Source: Gemmatimonas phototrophica (GTDB taxonomy: Bacteria > Latescibacterota > UBA2968 > UBA8231). From it: a stretch of 64,000 bases of DNA. The number at the start of each line of letters is the position of its first letter. Positions within the stretch are counted from its first letter, which is position 1. The notes beneath the pieces were generated by a model, which was not told where the DNA came from, searched no databases, and saw only the letters and a list, made by a program, of their open reading frames with translations. Both the position numbers and the translations under genes were made by a program. The stretch lies in contig CAMAVQ010000003.1 in NCBI GenBank assembly GCA_945861755.1, positions 5,689-69,688 on the forward strand. The letters are read 5' to 3'. Positions 35,029-43,367 of this stretch are shown piece after piece.

Positions 35029-36327
35029 TTAGCCCCAGCGTTTGCCCAGGGTGATGTCTTGTTCCAAAAGCGGGTCCTGGGTGCGGCCCAGGGTTTCGAG
35101 GCGGCGGCGGATCAGGCGCTCCAGTTCTTCTTCTAGCGCACGGCACAGGTCGGGTTGCTCGGCGGCCAGGTTGCGGGTCTCGCCCGGGTCGGTCTGCAGG
35201 TCGTAGAGTTCGCGGGGGGGATTGCCGTAGGGGTCTGGTCGGCGGGCCAGGATGAGTTTGTGGCTGGCGGTGCGCAGGCTCCACTTGGACTGCCAGGTGT
35301 TTTCGGCGCTGAGCACCTGGGAGGGGGGCTGGCGGTCGGCGGCCAGCAGGTTTCTGCCCTCCATGCCGGCGGGGACTTCGACTCCGGCGGCGGCCAGCAG
35401 AGTAGGGGCCAGGTCGAAATGCTGGGTCAGCCCCCCCTGCTTTTGCCCTGCCTCCACCCGGCCGGGCCAGCGCAGGATGAGCGGCACGTGCAGGCAGCAG
35501 TCGTAGAGCCCGTGGTGGTCGTAGTAAATGCCGTGTTCGGTGAGGCTCTCGCCGTGGTCGGCCATCAGCACCACCAAGGTCCGCTCCTCCAGGCCCAGGG
35601 CGGCCAATTCCTCCAACAGGTGCTCTAGCTGTGTATCCAGATAATTCAGCGCCCCGGCGTAGAGGGCATTGACAAAGGCCGCGTCCGTGACCCCGCCCAC
35701 CCACTTGAACCAGGTGTCCTGCCAGGTCTTGCCCAGGGGGTGCTGCCACAGCGAATCCAGCGAATGGTTGGCCGGATCGGCCTGGTCTTTACCCTGATAG
35801 AAGCGCCGACGGTACGGCTCGGGGGGCAGGTAGGGGGTGTGTACGTCCCAGTAGTGGACCAGCAGGAAGAAGGGCTCCTGGGCGTGGCCGCGCAAGAATT
35901 GAAGGGCTCGTTGGTTTAGATCTTCGGCGGGAACCATCAGCGGCATTGCCTGACGGCGCGAGGGGTCCATGTAGTACTCGTAGCCCCGATTGAACCAGGC
36001 GTATTTGCCCCAGCCCAGATTGTCGATGGCCGCCGTGGTATACCCGGCCTGGAGCAGCAGTTCGGGCAGGGTGGGGGTGAGCGCCTCGAGCTGGGCCTGG
36101 CCACCGTGGCAGACGATGTTGTGGGTCAGGGGGTGCTGGCCGGTGTAGAAGGTGGTGAAGGAGGGATGAGTGGGAATGGCCGGGGCGAAACACTCTTCCC
36201 ACAAGGTCCCCTGGGAAGCCAGGCGGTCGATGGCTGGGGTGAGGGGGCGGGATTCGCCGTAAGAGCCCAGGTGATCGGCGCGCAGAGAGTCGATGGCCAG
36301 GACGAGGATATTGGTCTTATCGGCCAT
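35029..36327 (-). CDS. Sulfatase-fold (alkaline phosphatase superfamily) hydrolase with Thr at the nucleophile position
   Basis: 432 aa. NILVLAIDSLRADHLGSYG metal-binding start. T-H-P-S-F occupies the place of the sulfatase C/S-x-P-x-R box (codons at 36157-36171). MADHGESL and later sulfatase-like segments. No signal peptide or TM seen. Confidence 0.75.
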   Translation of the reverse strand: MADKTNILVLAIDSLRADHLGSYGESRPLTPAIDRLASQGTLWEECFAPAIPTHPSFTTFYTGQHPLTHNIVCHGGQAQLEALTPTLPELLLQAGYTTAAIDNLGWGKYAWFNRGYEYYMDPSRRQAMPLMVPAEDLNQRALQFLRGHAQEPFFLLVHYWDVHTPYLPPEPYRRRFYQGKDQADPANHSLDSLWQHPLGKTWQDTWFKWVGGVTDAAFVNALYAGALNYLDTQLEHLLEELAALGLEERTLVVLMADHGESLTEHGIYYDHHGLYDCCLHVPLILRWPGRVEAGQKQGGLTQHFDLAPTLLAAAGVEVPAGMEGRNLLAADRQPPSQVLSAENTWQSKWSLRTASHKLILARRPDPYGNPPRELYDLQTDPGETRNLAAEQPDLCRALEEELERLIRRRLETLGRTQDPLLEQDITLGKRWG

Positions 36328-36330
36328 GGT

Positions 36331-37395
36331 TCAGGCAGGGAGAGGAAGGGGCAAGGCCACGCCCAGTTCGGCGGCCAGGGCGCTGATCTGGCCCCAGGCC
36401 CGCTCGTCCACGGAGATGCCCTTTTGCAATCGCTGCTGGGAGATGCGCCAGGCCTGCTCGCCGGGCAGGAGCACCTCCTCGAAGCCGGCGGCCGGCGGGC
36501 TGGACTTGACCCAGTCGATGAACTGCTCGCTCTCCTGGAAAAAGCGCTCCAGAGGGGTGAAGGCGGCGATGTCGATCAGGGCGATGAAGAGGGCGTTGCC
36601 GCTGCGCTCGGGTGCGGCCTGGCTGCAGCCGGCGCCTGAAAGGGCCCCGGCCAGGATGTCGACCATCACCGCCAGGCCAAAGCCCTTGTGGCCGGCCCCG
36701 GGAAAACCCAGGGGCAGCATGGCGCCGGGCGGGGGGCCATAATAGTCTTTGGTGTTGATGGTGGGCTGCCCTTGGGCGTCGATGAGCCGGTCGGGCGGGG
36801 TGGGCTTGCCCACGTTCTGGTGCAGGCGCAGGGCCCCGCCGGAGATGGCGCTGGTGGTCATGTCCAGGACCAGGGGCCAGGGCCGCTGCGTGGGCAGGGC
36901 CAGGCACAGTGGGTTGGTGGGCAGGCGCCGCTCTATACCGCCAAAAGGGGCCACCGCCAGGTCGCCGCCGTGGCCATTGGCGGCGATCAGGGCGATGCGG
37001 TTCTCGCGGGCGGCCAGGGCGGCGAAACGGCCCAGCCGGGCCACGTGGTTGCAATCTTTGAGGGTTATCACACAGAGAGGGGCTTGTTTGGCCAGCTCCA
37101 GGGCCATACGCATGGCGGCTTCGGCGCTGACCGGGCCGAAGTTCCAGTTGCCCGAGAGCTGGGCCAGGCAGCGGGTGGCGCGCAGGACCTGGGTGGGAGC
37201 GCCGGGTGTGACCGTGCCCTGACGCACCATCTCCACGTACTGGGGAAAACGCAGGGGCCCGTGGCTGTCGTGGCCCAAAAGGCTGGATTCGACCAGGTGG
37301 TCGGCCACCAACTCGGCTTCGGCAGGGGGCACCCCCACGGCGGCAAAAAGGGCGATACCCAGGTTTTTCAGCTCTTCGGCGCGGATGCAGGGCAT
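36331..37395 (-). CDS. Ldh_2 family (malate/L-lactate/ureidoglycolate-type) dehydrogenase
   Basis: 354 aa. VADHLVESSLLGHDSHGPLRFPQY and GHKGFGLAVMVDILAG, typical of the type-2 malate/lactate dehydrogenase family. Confidence 0.8.
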   Translation of the reverse strand: MPCIRAEELKNLGIALFAAVGVPPAEAELVADHLVESSLLGHDSHGPLRFPQYVEMVRQGTVTPGAPTQVLRATRCLAQLSGNWNFGPVSAEAAMRMALELAKQAPLCVITLKDCNHVARLGRFAALAARENRIALIAANGHGGDLAVAPFGGIERRLPTNPLCLALPTQRPWPLVLDMTTSAISGGALRLHQNVGKPTPPDRLIDAQGQPTINTKDYYGPPPGAMLPLGFPGAGHKGFGLAVMVDILAGALSGAGCSQAAPERSGNALFIALIDIAAFTPLERFFQESEQFIDWVKSSPPAAGFEEVLLPGEQAWRISQQRLQKGISVDERAWGQISALAAELGVALPLPLPA

Positions 37396-37400
37396 GGGAT

Positions 37401-38594
37401 TCAGAGGGTGGCGGTGGTATCCACCACCAGCAGGGCATTGGCCACCGGCCGCTCGCCGGTTTCGTCCGAGGGTCGATTGACCACCTGCTGGTGCACCACC
37501 ATGGTGGTGGAGCCGCCCCCGTCCAGGTTGAGGGCCTGGTAGGCATTGGCACCGACATTGGTGTATTCGGCCATTTTGCTGCCCATGAAATCGGCCAATT
37601 CCTGGAGGGTCATGCCTTCGCTGTACCCAGGCTGCCGGCCGTCCACGGTGATCAGGAAGAGGGTTTCCGCGTCCTTGGTATAGCCGATGGCGGTGCGGGG
37701 GTGGCGTTCGAAGACAAATTTGGGGGCGTTGCGGTCCAATCCTTCCTGCTCGTATTCGATGGAGACTTCGCCGTCGCGCAGCAGGCGGGGCCCGCCGCCC
37801 AGACCCTCCTGCAGGGGGTGCATCGCCGGAGGCAGCAGGCAGAAAACACGCACCGTGTCACCTGGGGCCAGGGGGGTGTTGTTCAGGTAGTTGACCCCGG
37901 CGCTGACCAGCCATTGGCCCTCGTCCAGGGCGATATCGGCGTTGACCGGCAGCACCTGGACCACGCGCGCGGTGACCGTGTCGTTGGCCAAGGGGGTCGG
38001 CGTCAGGGGCTGGAGCTGGTAGCCGATCTGGGCGCGGCTGGAGTCCAGGTAGCTGGGGCCGAACTGGGTATAGAGGCTCAGGCCGTTGGCCGCCGGGCGG
38101 CGGTTGAGGGCGGTGATGGGCAGGATCTGGTCGGGGGACTGGATCAGGCCGGCTTCAAAGTGAAAGACCTCGATCAGCGGCTGGCCCTCGGTGTCGAGGG
38201 CGAAGACCGAGCGTTTCTGGGGGAGTTGCAGCAGTTGCCCATGGCGCACCTGCAGGCCGGCCGTGCGCAGTACCGGCTCGTCTTTATAGAAGTAGTCGCC
38301 GTTGATGGCGGCAATGGCCTTGCCGGCCAGCGCGCTGGTTTTTTCGAGCACCCCGTGCGCCAGGTCGGCCCTGGCCGTGCGCAGGCTGAGGCCCCCTTCT
38401 CGGGCTTCGGGAAGGTCCACCTCGATAATATTGATGACCCATGGCCCTTGAGGGAGATTGAGCTGGTGGTGATAGACCCCAGGGGCGATGGCCGGTGTCG
38501 TGGCCGATCTACAGGCCGGCAGGCCCAGCAGGAAGAGCCAGACCAACCAGTTGCCAGGCCACCGCACAATCAAGGATCGCCTATTGCACACCAT
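37401..38594 (-). CDS. Phosphodiester glycosidase family (DUF2233/NAGPA-like) lipoprotein
   Basis: 397 aa. Signal/lipobox LLGLPAC. AINGDYF, RTAIGYTKD and LNLDGGGSTTMV motifs characteristic of the uncovering-enzyme-like family. Confidence 0.75.
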   Translation of the reverse strand: MVCNRRSLIVRWPGNWLVWLFLLGLPACRSATTPAIAPGVYHHQLNLPQGPWVINIIEVDLPEAREGGLSLRTARADLAHGVLEKTSALAGKAIAAINGDYFYKDEPVLRTAGLQVRHGQLLQLPQKRSVFALDTEGQPLIEVFHFEAGLIQSPDQILPITALNRRPAANGLSLYTQFGPSYLDSSRAQIGYQLQPLTPTPLANDTVTARVVQVLPVNADIALDEGQWLVSAGVNYLNNTPLAPGDTVRVFCLLPPAMHPLQEGLGGGPRLLRDGEVSIEYEQEGLDRNAPKFVFERHPRTAIGYTKDAETLFLITVDGRQPGYSEGMTLQELADFMGSKMAEYTNVGANAYQALNLDGGGSTTMVVHQQVVNRPSDETGERPVANALLVVDTTATL

Positions 38595-38660
38595 CCATTC
38601 CTCGGCCTTGATGAAGAGGCGGGGAGAATGTAGGACAGCCCCTGGACAGTGTCAAGCAAG

Positions 38661-41600
38661 TCAATGGAGAATCAGGAGTTGCTGAGAAAGCTGCCCGCCG
38701 GGGCTGCGCAGCCGGACCAGGTAGATGCCGCTGCCCGCCAGCCTTCCCTGCTGGTCGCGGCCATCCCACACCAGGCGGTAGGAACCCGCCTCCTGAACCC
38801 CCGAGACCAAGGTCCGCACCTGCTGCCCGGCCGCGTTGTAGATGACCAGGGAGAGAGGCTGGGCCCGGGGGAGTTCGTAGCTGAGCACCACCTCGGCGTT
38901 GAAGGGGTTGGGATAGGGAGGATGGAGGGCCAGGGTGTCGGCCGCCCCGGAGGCGGAGCGGACCACGGCGGAGTTTACCCTCAGCACCAGCGAGGAGGGG
39001 TTGGGACTGACCAGCCGCAGGTGCAGCAGCCCCAGCAGACCCTCGCCGTTCACCGGGGGGTCGAAGGACAGGCCCAGGGCCAGGTTGCCGTCCTCCCCGG
39101 GATTGGCCAGGATGAGGGGGTGCGCCACCAGGCTGCCGGCGGGGAATTCCATGCCCGCGTATGCCAATGGGGCGGGCAGGCTCAACTCCAGGCTCAACCC
39201 GTTTAGTTCCCGGGCCTGGTGCAATTGCAGGGGGATGGCGAACTCCCCGTCCCGCAGTGCCGGCACCCCCAGGGTGAGGGTGGTGGGGGCCTGGCCACGG
39301 CCTTCGAGGGCGACTTCCAGCGATTCCTTCAGATTGGTGCTGAGCACCAGCCGGCCGCGACTGGTCCCAGGGCGGGTGGGCCGGTACTCCAACTGGATCA
39401 CCCCCCGTGCGCCGGGCGCTAGTTTGGCCGGGGCCTGGAGTACCCGGAAGGGACCTTCGGCGAGGGCCTGCAGCGCCAGGGCGGTGCGAGTATGGAGATT
39501 GCGGACCTCCAACTCCCAGACGCGGCCCTTGTCCACCACGGTGGGGGCAAAGAGATGCCGGGTCGCTGCGGTGTACAGGAAGGTGCGGTTGCCCCGGCCG
39601 GCAAAGGGGAAACTCGCGCGAGGGTGGGCCGGATCATCGGTAGTAAAGGTGAGGGTCCCCTGCACCAGGCTGGTGTCCCTGGGGGTGAAAACCACCTCCA
39701 CCACACCGGTTTGGCCAGGCGGGATATTTAGGCGCCTGGCGGCGGGCAACACGAGCCGGGAGCCGGTGAGCATCCGGTCCAGGTGCAGCTCCACCTCGCC
39801 GGTATTGCGCAGCTCGAGGTGATAGCGGCGGGCCTGGCCGATGCGGGTCAGGCCCAGGTCCAGACTGGTCGGCAGGGCGGCCAGTTCGGGCTGGCCCCCC
39901 CGGCCGCTGAGCAGTACCCGGCGCACCGGGGTTTCGGGTACGTCGCTGTAGATGAAGAGGGTGTCGGCATAGGCGCGCCGCTGGGCCGGCACCAAGCTGA
40001 GGGGCAGTTGGATTGCAGCGCCCGGTGCCAGTTGGCCGGTACCAACGAGGCCCAGGCGATAGGTCCCTGCCAATTCGAGGCGGTACTGGAGGGGAGCGGT
40101 GCCCGGGTTGCCCAGGGTCAGTGCCTGGTGGGCTTCTTTGCCCACGGCCACGGTGCCAAAGTCCAGGGCGGCGGCGCTGAGGCGAAGCTCCGGGGCCAGG
40201 CCCAGGCTAGCCAGGGGCACTTGCAGCAGAGCAGTGCCGCCGGGGGCGCGCCAGAACAGGGTGTCGGTCTGGGTGCCGCGTGCGGCCAGGGTGTAGGAAA
40301 GGTCCAGCGTGCGGGTTTCACCAGGGTTCAGGCGCAGCGAGGGGCCCTGGGCAATGCGCAGGGCCGAACCCTGGGCCGCGACCAGTTCGACCGGCAGGGT
40401 GCCCCGGTTGCGCAACATGAGCTGCCGGCTGGCATAGAGGCCCACCCGCTGGGGGCCAAAGTCCAGGCGCGGCGGCCAGGCTTCGACCTGAGGAGTGGGT
40501 GGGGAGAGGCGGAGGATACGGCCGCTGTACGCGTCGCCCTCGAGGGCGTAGATCGCTCCGTCCGGGCCGGCGGCCAGGTCGAGCAGGGCCGGGGCAAAAC
40601 CTGAGGCCAATTCCTGGAGCTGCTCATCTGGGCCAAGGCGGTAGAGGTGTCCCCCGGCCAGGGCCAGGTAGAGTTCGGCGCCGAAACTGAGGGCCACTGG
40701 CCGCTCGGGCAGCAGGGCCACCCGCCGCAGGGTGAACTGCCCATCCTGATCGAGATCCTCGGCCTTGAAGAGTTCGCGGCTCTGGACCGAGGCGATGAAG
40801 AGGGGCCCGGCGGGGGTACCTTCGAGCAGGGCCGGACCGGTGGGCAGGGTCGCGCATAGTTCCAGAGTTTGGTCGACCAGGCGCAGGAGACGGCCTCTAT
40901 CTTGTTGGTAGAGGTAGAGCTGGCCGCCGCTCTTGGTCAGCACATCGGCGGCCTCGCTGATCTGGGCCAGGGGCAGGTACAGGGGTTTGCCTTCGTTGTC
41001 GGCGGCGATCAGGGTCAGGGGCTGGGACCGGCCCAGGGCCGGCGGGGTCAACACCATCAGACCAGCGCCCAGGGCAGCGGGCGCTAGGGCGGTGCGATAG
41101 GAGCTGGCCTGAAAGTGGGCGAAGCGACGGCGGGCGGGCAGGAGCTGTTCCACACCCTCGCGGTGGGTAAAATAAAGAACCCTGGCATCGGGATTGTAGA
41201 CCAGCTCCAGCAAGCCGGGCGTGCTCAGGGCCGCTTCGCTCTCCAGCTGGTAGGAGAAAGAGGTGTGGATGCGGACGCCGGCGTCGGCCAGTTGGCGTGC
41301 CACTGGCAGGCGGGCGACACGGTGCTGCTCGATATCGGCCAGCACTAGGCCGCCTCTGAGGTCGAGGGTGAGGCGGGCCGGGCGGCCAGCGTCGGTCTCT
41401 AGTACCCTCAACACCCCGTCGCCATCCACATGCACCAGCCGGCCATTGCCGGTGTCGGCGAGGTACACCCCGCCGCTGCCATCGGCCACCAGACCCAGGG
41501 GCTGGTTGAGGGCGGCGTGGGCCGCCAGCTGGCCGTCGTACCCCTGGCCGGGACTGCCAATGCCGGCCAGGGAGCGCAGCAGGCCCTCCGGGCTCAGGGT

Positions 41601-43265
41601 GTAGACCCGGTGGCTGCCGGGGTCGGCGATAAAGAGCAGGCCCTCGGTGGCAAAGCTCAGATCCATGGGCGAAGCGAGGGCGCTTTCCAGGGCCGGTCCG
41701 CCTTCGCCGGGCAGCAGGTCGCGGTTGGTGCCGGCCACAGTTTGGATATTGCCGCTGGTGTCGAGTTTGCGGACGCGGCGGTTGGCGCTGTCGGCGATGT
41801 AGAGGTTGTTCTGGGAGTCGAAGGCCAGTCCATTGGGCTGGTTTAGCAGGGCTAGGCGCGCGGGTCCACTGTCTCCGCCAAAGCCGGGCACCCCGGTGCC
41901 GGCCACGGTTTGGATATTGCCATCGGGGCTGAGTTTGCGGACGCGGTGGTTGGCGCTGTCAGCGATGTAGAGATTGCCCTGGCGGTCGAAGGCGAGGCCA
42001 GTGGGCTGATTGAGTAGGGCCAAACGCGCCGGTCCGCCCTCGCCGCCAAAGCCGGGCAGGCCAGTGCCGGCCACCCGCTCGATGATGCCGTCGGCGCGCA
42101 CCCGGCGGACCAAGTGGTTGCGGCGGTCGGCGAGGTAGAGGTTGCCCTGGGGGTCGTAGGCCAGGCCAAAGGGCTGGTACAGGGAGGCGTTGAGGGCCGG
42201 CCCGCCCTCGCCGCTGGCGCGCAAGAGGCCGTTGCCGGCCAGGGGCAGGGGCGAGGCCTGGTCCTGGAGGAGCACCACGCGGCGCTGGGCATAGTCGGCC
42301 ACCAGGACGCGGCCTTGGCGGTCGACGCTGAGGGCCTTGGGCTGCGAGCCAGGGTCGAATTGGGCCAGCACCACCAGGGTGGAATCGGCTTCGAGGCGCA
42401 GCAGGCGCGGTCCCAGTTCGTCGAGCACCAACAGCCGTCCCTGCAAGTCGAGGGCCACGTCTATGGGCTTGAGGCTGGCCTGGAGGGCAGGTCGGCGGCC
42501 GCTCCAGGGCAGTTCGCCGCCGTCTCCGGCCAAGGTGGAGATGCGGCCCTGAGGGTCGACGCGGCGCACGCGGCGGTTGCCGGTGTCGGCGACGTAGATC
42601 GAGGCATCGGGACCCACGACCACGGCGCGCGGGTCAGCCAGGCGCGCCAAGGCTGAAGGGTCGCCATCGCCGCTGAAACCGCGCTGGCCATTGCCGGCTA
42701 CGGGCCGTCCCCGGCCGTCGGGATCCAGCTGCCAGATGCGCTGGTTGCCCCGGTCGGCCACCAGCACGCGGCCCTCGGCATCGGCGGCCACTGCGTACGG
42801 GGCAAAGCCGTTGGCAGAGGCAGCCACCAGGGAGTGGCCGGGGCCCATGAAGGTGCGCAGGGTCCCGTCCGGGTCGAGCACACAGATCCGGCGGTTGCCC
42901 AAATCAACTAGATAGAGCTGGCCCTCGGGTCCCAGCGCCAGGCTAGCCGGGATGGCCAGGGCGCTCTGGCGGGCGGAGAGGACCTGGGTATCCAATCCGT
43001 AGCGGCCATCGCCCACCACGGTGCGCAGGCGGCCCTGAGCATCGACCACGCGCACTCGGTTGTAGAGTTCGTCGGCGAAGTAGACCGACCCGTCCGGGGC
43101 GGCCAGCACATCCTGGGGCAGCAGGCTGGCGTCCAGGGCCGGGCCGCCTTCGCCCAGACCGCCGCCGGCCAGGAATTCCAGGTCGCCGGTGGTGAACAAG
43201 TCGGAAGCCCCTACTTGCAGGGGCAGGAGGGCCAGGCAATAACCCACTAGCCACAGTGCGGACAT
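38661..43265 (-). CDS. Giant secreted NHL-repeat beta-propeller / Ig-like (ASH/HYDIN-type) / cohesin-like protein with FlgD-Ig/Por-type C-terminal domain
   Basis: 1534 aa with a signal peptide. More than 10 NHL-like blades (YIADSANHRVRKL..G...TVAG). At least 4 LDFG...L.L.N.G Ig-like modules in the distal third. C-terminus YPNPFN...WDGRDQQGRLAGSGIYLVRL. Confidence 0.85.
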   Translation of the reverse strand: MSALWLVGYCLALLPLQVGASDLFTTGDLEFLAGGGLGEGGPALDASLLPQDVLAAPDGSVYFADELYNRVRVVDAQGRLRTVVGDGRYGLDTQVLSARQSALAIPASLALGPEGQLYLVDLGNRRICVLDPDGTLRTFMGPGHSLVAASANGFAPYAVAADAEGRVLVADRGNQRIWQLDPDGRGRPVAGNGQRGFSGDGDPSALARLADPRAVVVGPDASIYVADTGNRRVRRVDPQGRISTLAGDGGELPWSGRRPALQASLKPIDVALDLQGRLLVLDELGPRLLRLEADSTLVVLAQFDPGSQPKALSVDRQGRVLVADYAQRRVVLLQDQASPLPLAGNGLLRASGEGGPALNASLYQPFGLAYDPQGNLYLADRRNHLVRRVRADGIIERVAGTGLPGFGGEGGPARLALLNQPTGLAFDRQGNLYIADSANHRVRKLSPDGNIQTVAGTGVPGFGGDSGPARLALLNQPNGLAFDSQNNLYIADSANRRVRKLDTSGNIQTVAGTNRDLLPGEGGPALESALASPMDLSFATEGLLFIADPGSHRVYTLSPEGLLRSLAGIGSPGQGYDGQLAAHAALNQPLGLVADGSGGVYLADTGNGRLVHVDGDGVLRVLETDAGRPARLTLDLRGGLVLADIEQHRVARLPVARQLADAGVRIHTSFSYQLESEAALSTPGLLELVYNPDARVLYFTHREGVEQLLPARRRFAHFQASSYRTALAPAALGAGLMVLTPPALGRSQPLTLIAADNEGKPLYLPLAQISEAADVLTKSGGQLYLYQQDRGRLLRLVDQTLELCATLPTGPALLEGTPAGPLFIASVQSRELFKAEDLDQDGQFTLRRVALLPERPVALSFGAELYLALAGGHLYRLGPDEQLQELASGFAPALLDLAAGPDGAIYALEGDAYSGRILRLSPPTPQVEAWPPRLDFGPQRVGLYASRQLMLRNRGTLPVELVAAQGSALRIAQGPSLRLNPGETRTLDLSYTLAARGTQTDTLFWRAPGGTALLQVPLASLGLAPELRLSAAALDFGTVAVGKEAHQALTLGNPGTAPLQYRLELAGTYRLGLVGTGQLAPGAAIQLPLSLVPAQRRAYADTLFIYSDVPETPVRRVLLSGRGGQPELAALPTSLDLGLTRIGQARRYHLELRNTGEVELHLDRMLTGSRLVLPAARRLNIPPGQTGVVEVVFTPRDTSLVQGTLTFTTDDPAHPRASFPFAGRGNRTFLYTAATRHLFAPTVVDKGRVWELEVRNLHTRTALALQALAEGPFRVLQAPAKLAPGARGVIQLEYRPTRPGTSRGRLVLSTNLKESLEVALEGRGQAPTTLTLGVPALRDGEFAIPLQLHQARELNGLSLELSLPAPLAYAGMEFPAGSLVAHPLILANPGEDGNLALGLSFDPPVNGEGLLGLLHLRLVSPNPSSLVLRVNSAVVRSASGAADTLALHPPYPNPFNAEVVLSYELPRAQPLSLVIYNAAGQQVRTLVSGVQEAGSYRLVWDGRDQQGRLAGSGIYLVRLRSPGGQLSQQLLILH
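41731..42066 (-). repeat. Two adjacent 168-nt (56-codon) NHL-blade units with 137/168 identical positions
   Basis: Hand alignment of 41731-41898 against 41899-42066. Both units begin ccggccac.gtttggatattgcc. The same 168-nt phase continues at 42067. Confidence 0.75.
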
Positions 43266-43292
43266 GACCTACCTCAAAGGGGTTTACCTCTA

Positions 43293-43321
43293 TATCTACA
43301 CACCCAGTCGCCTGGAGGCAA
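43293..43321 (-). promoter_or_regulatory. Candidate promoter for the giant NHL gene (TTGCCT-17 nt-TAGATA)
   Basis: Minus-strand read: ttgcct ccaggcgactgggtgtg tagata. GAGG lies 6 nt before the ATG at 43265. The -10 match is weak. Confidence 0.3.
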
Positions 43322-43367
43322 CCCTGCGGATCACCTTATCAGAAGGCAGAGGCGCTGCATATCCTGC

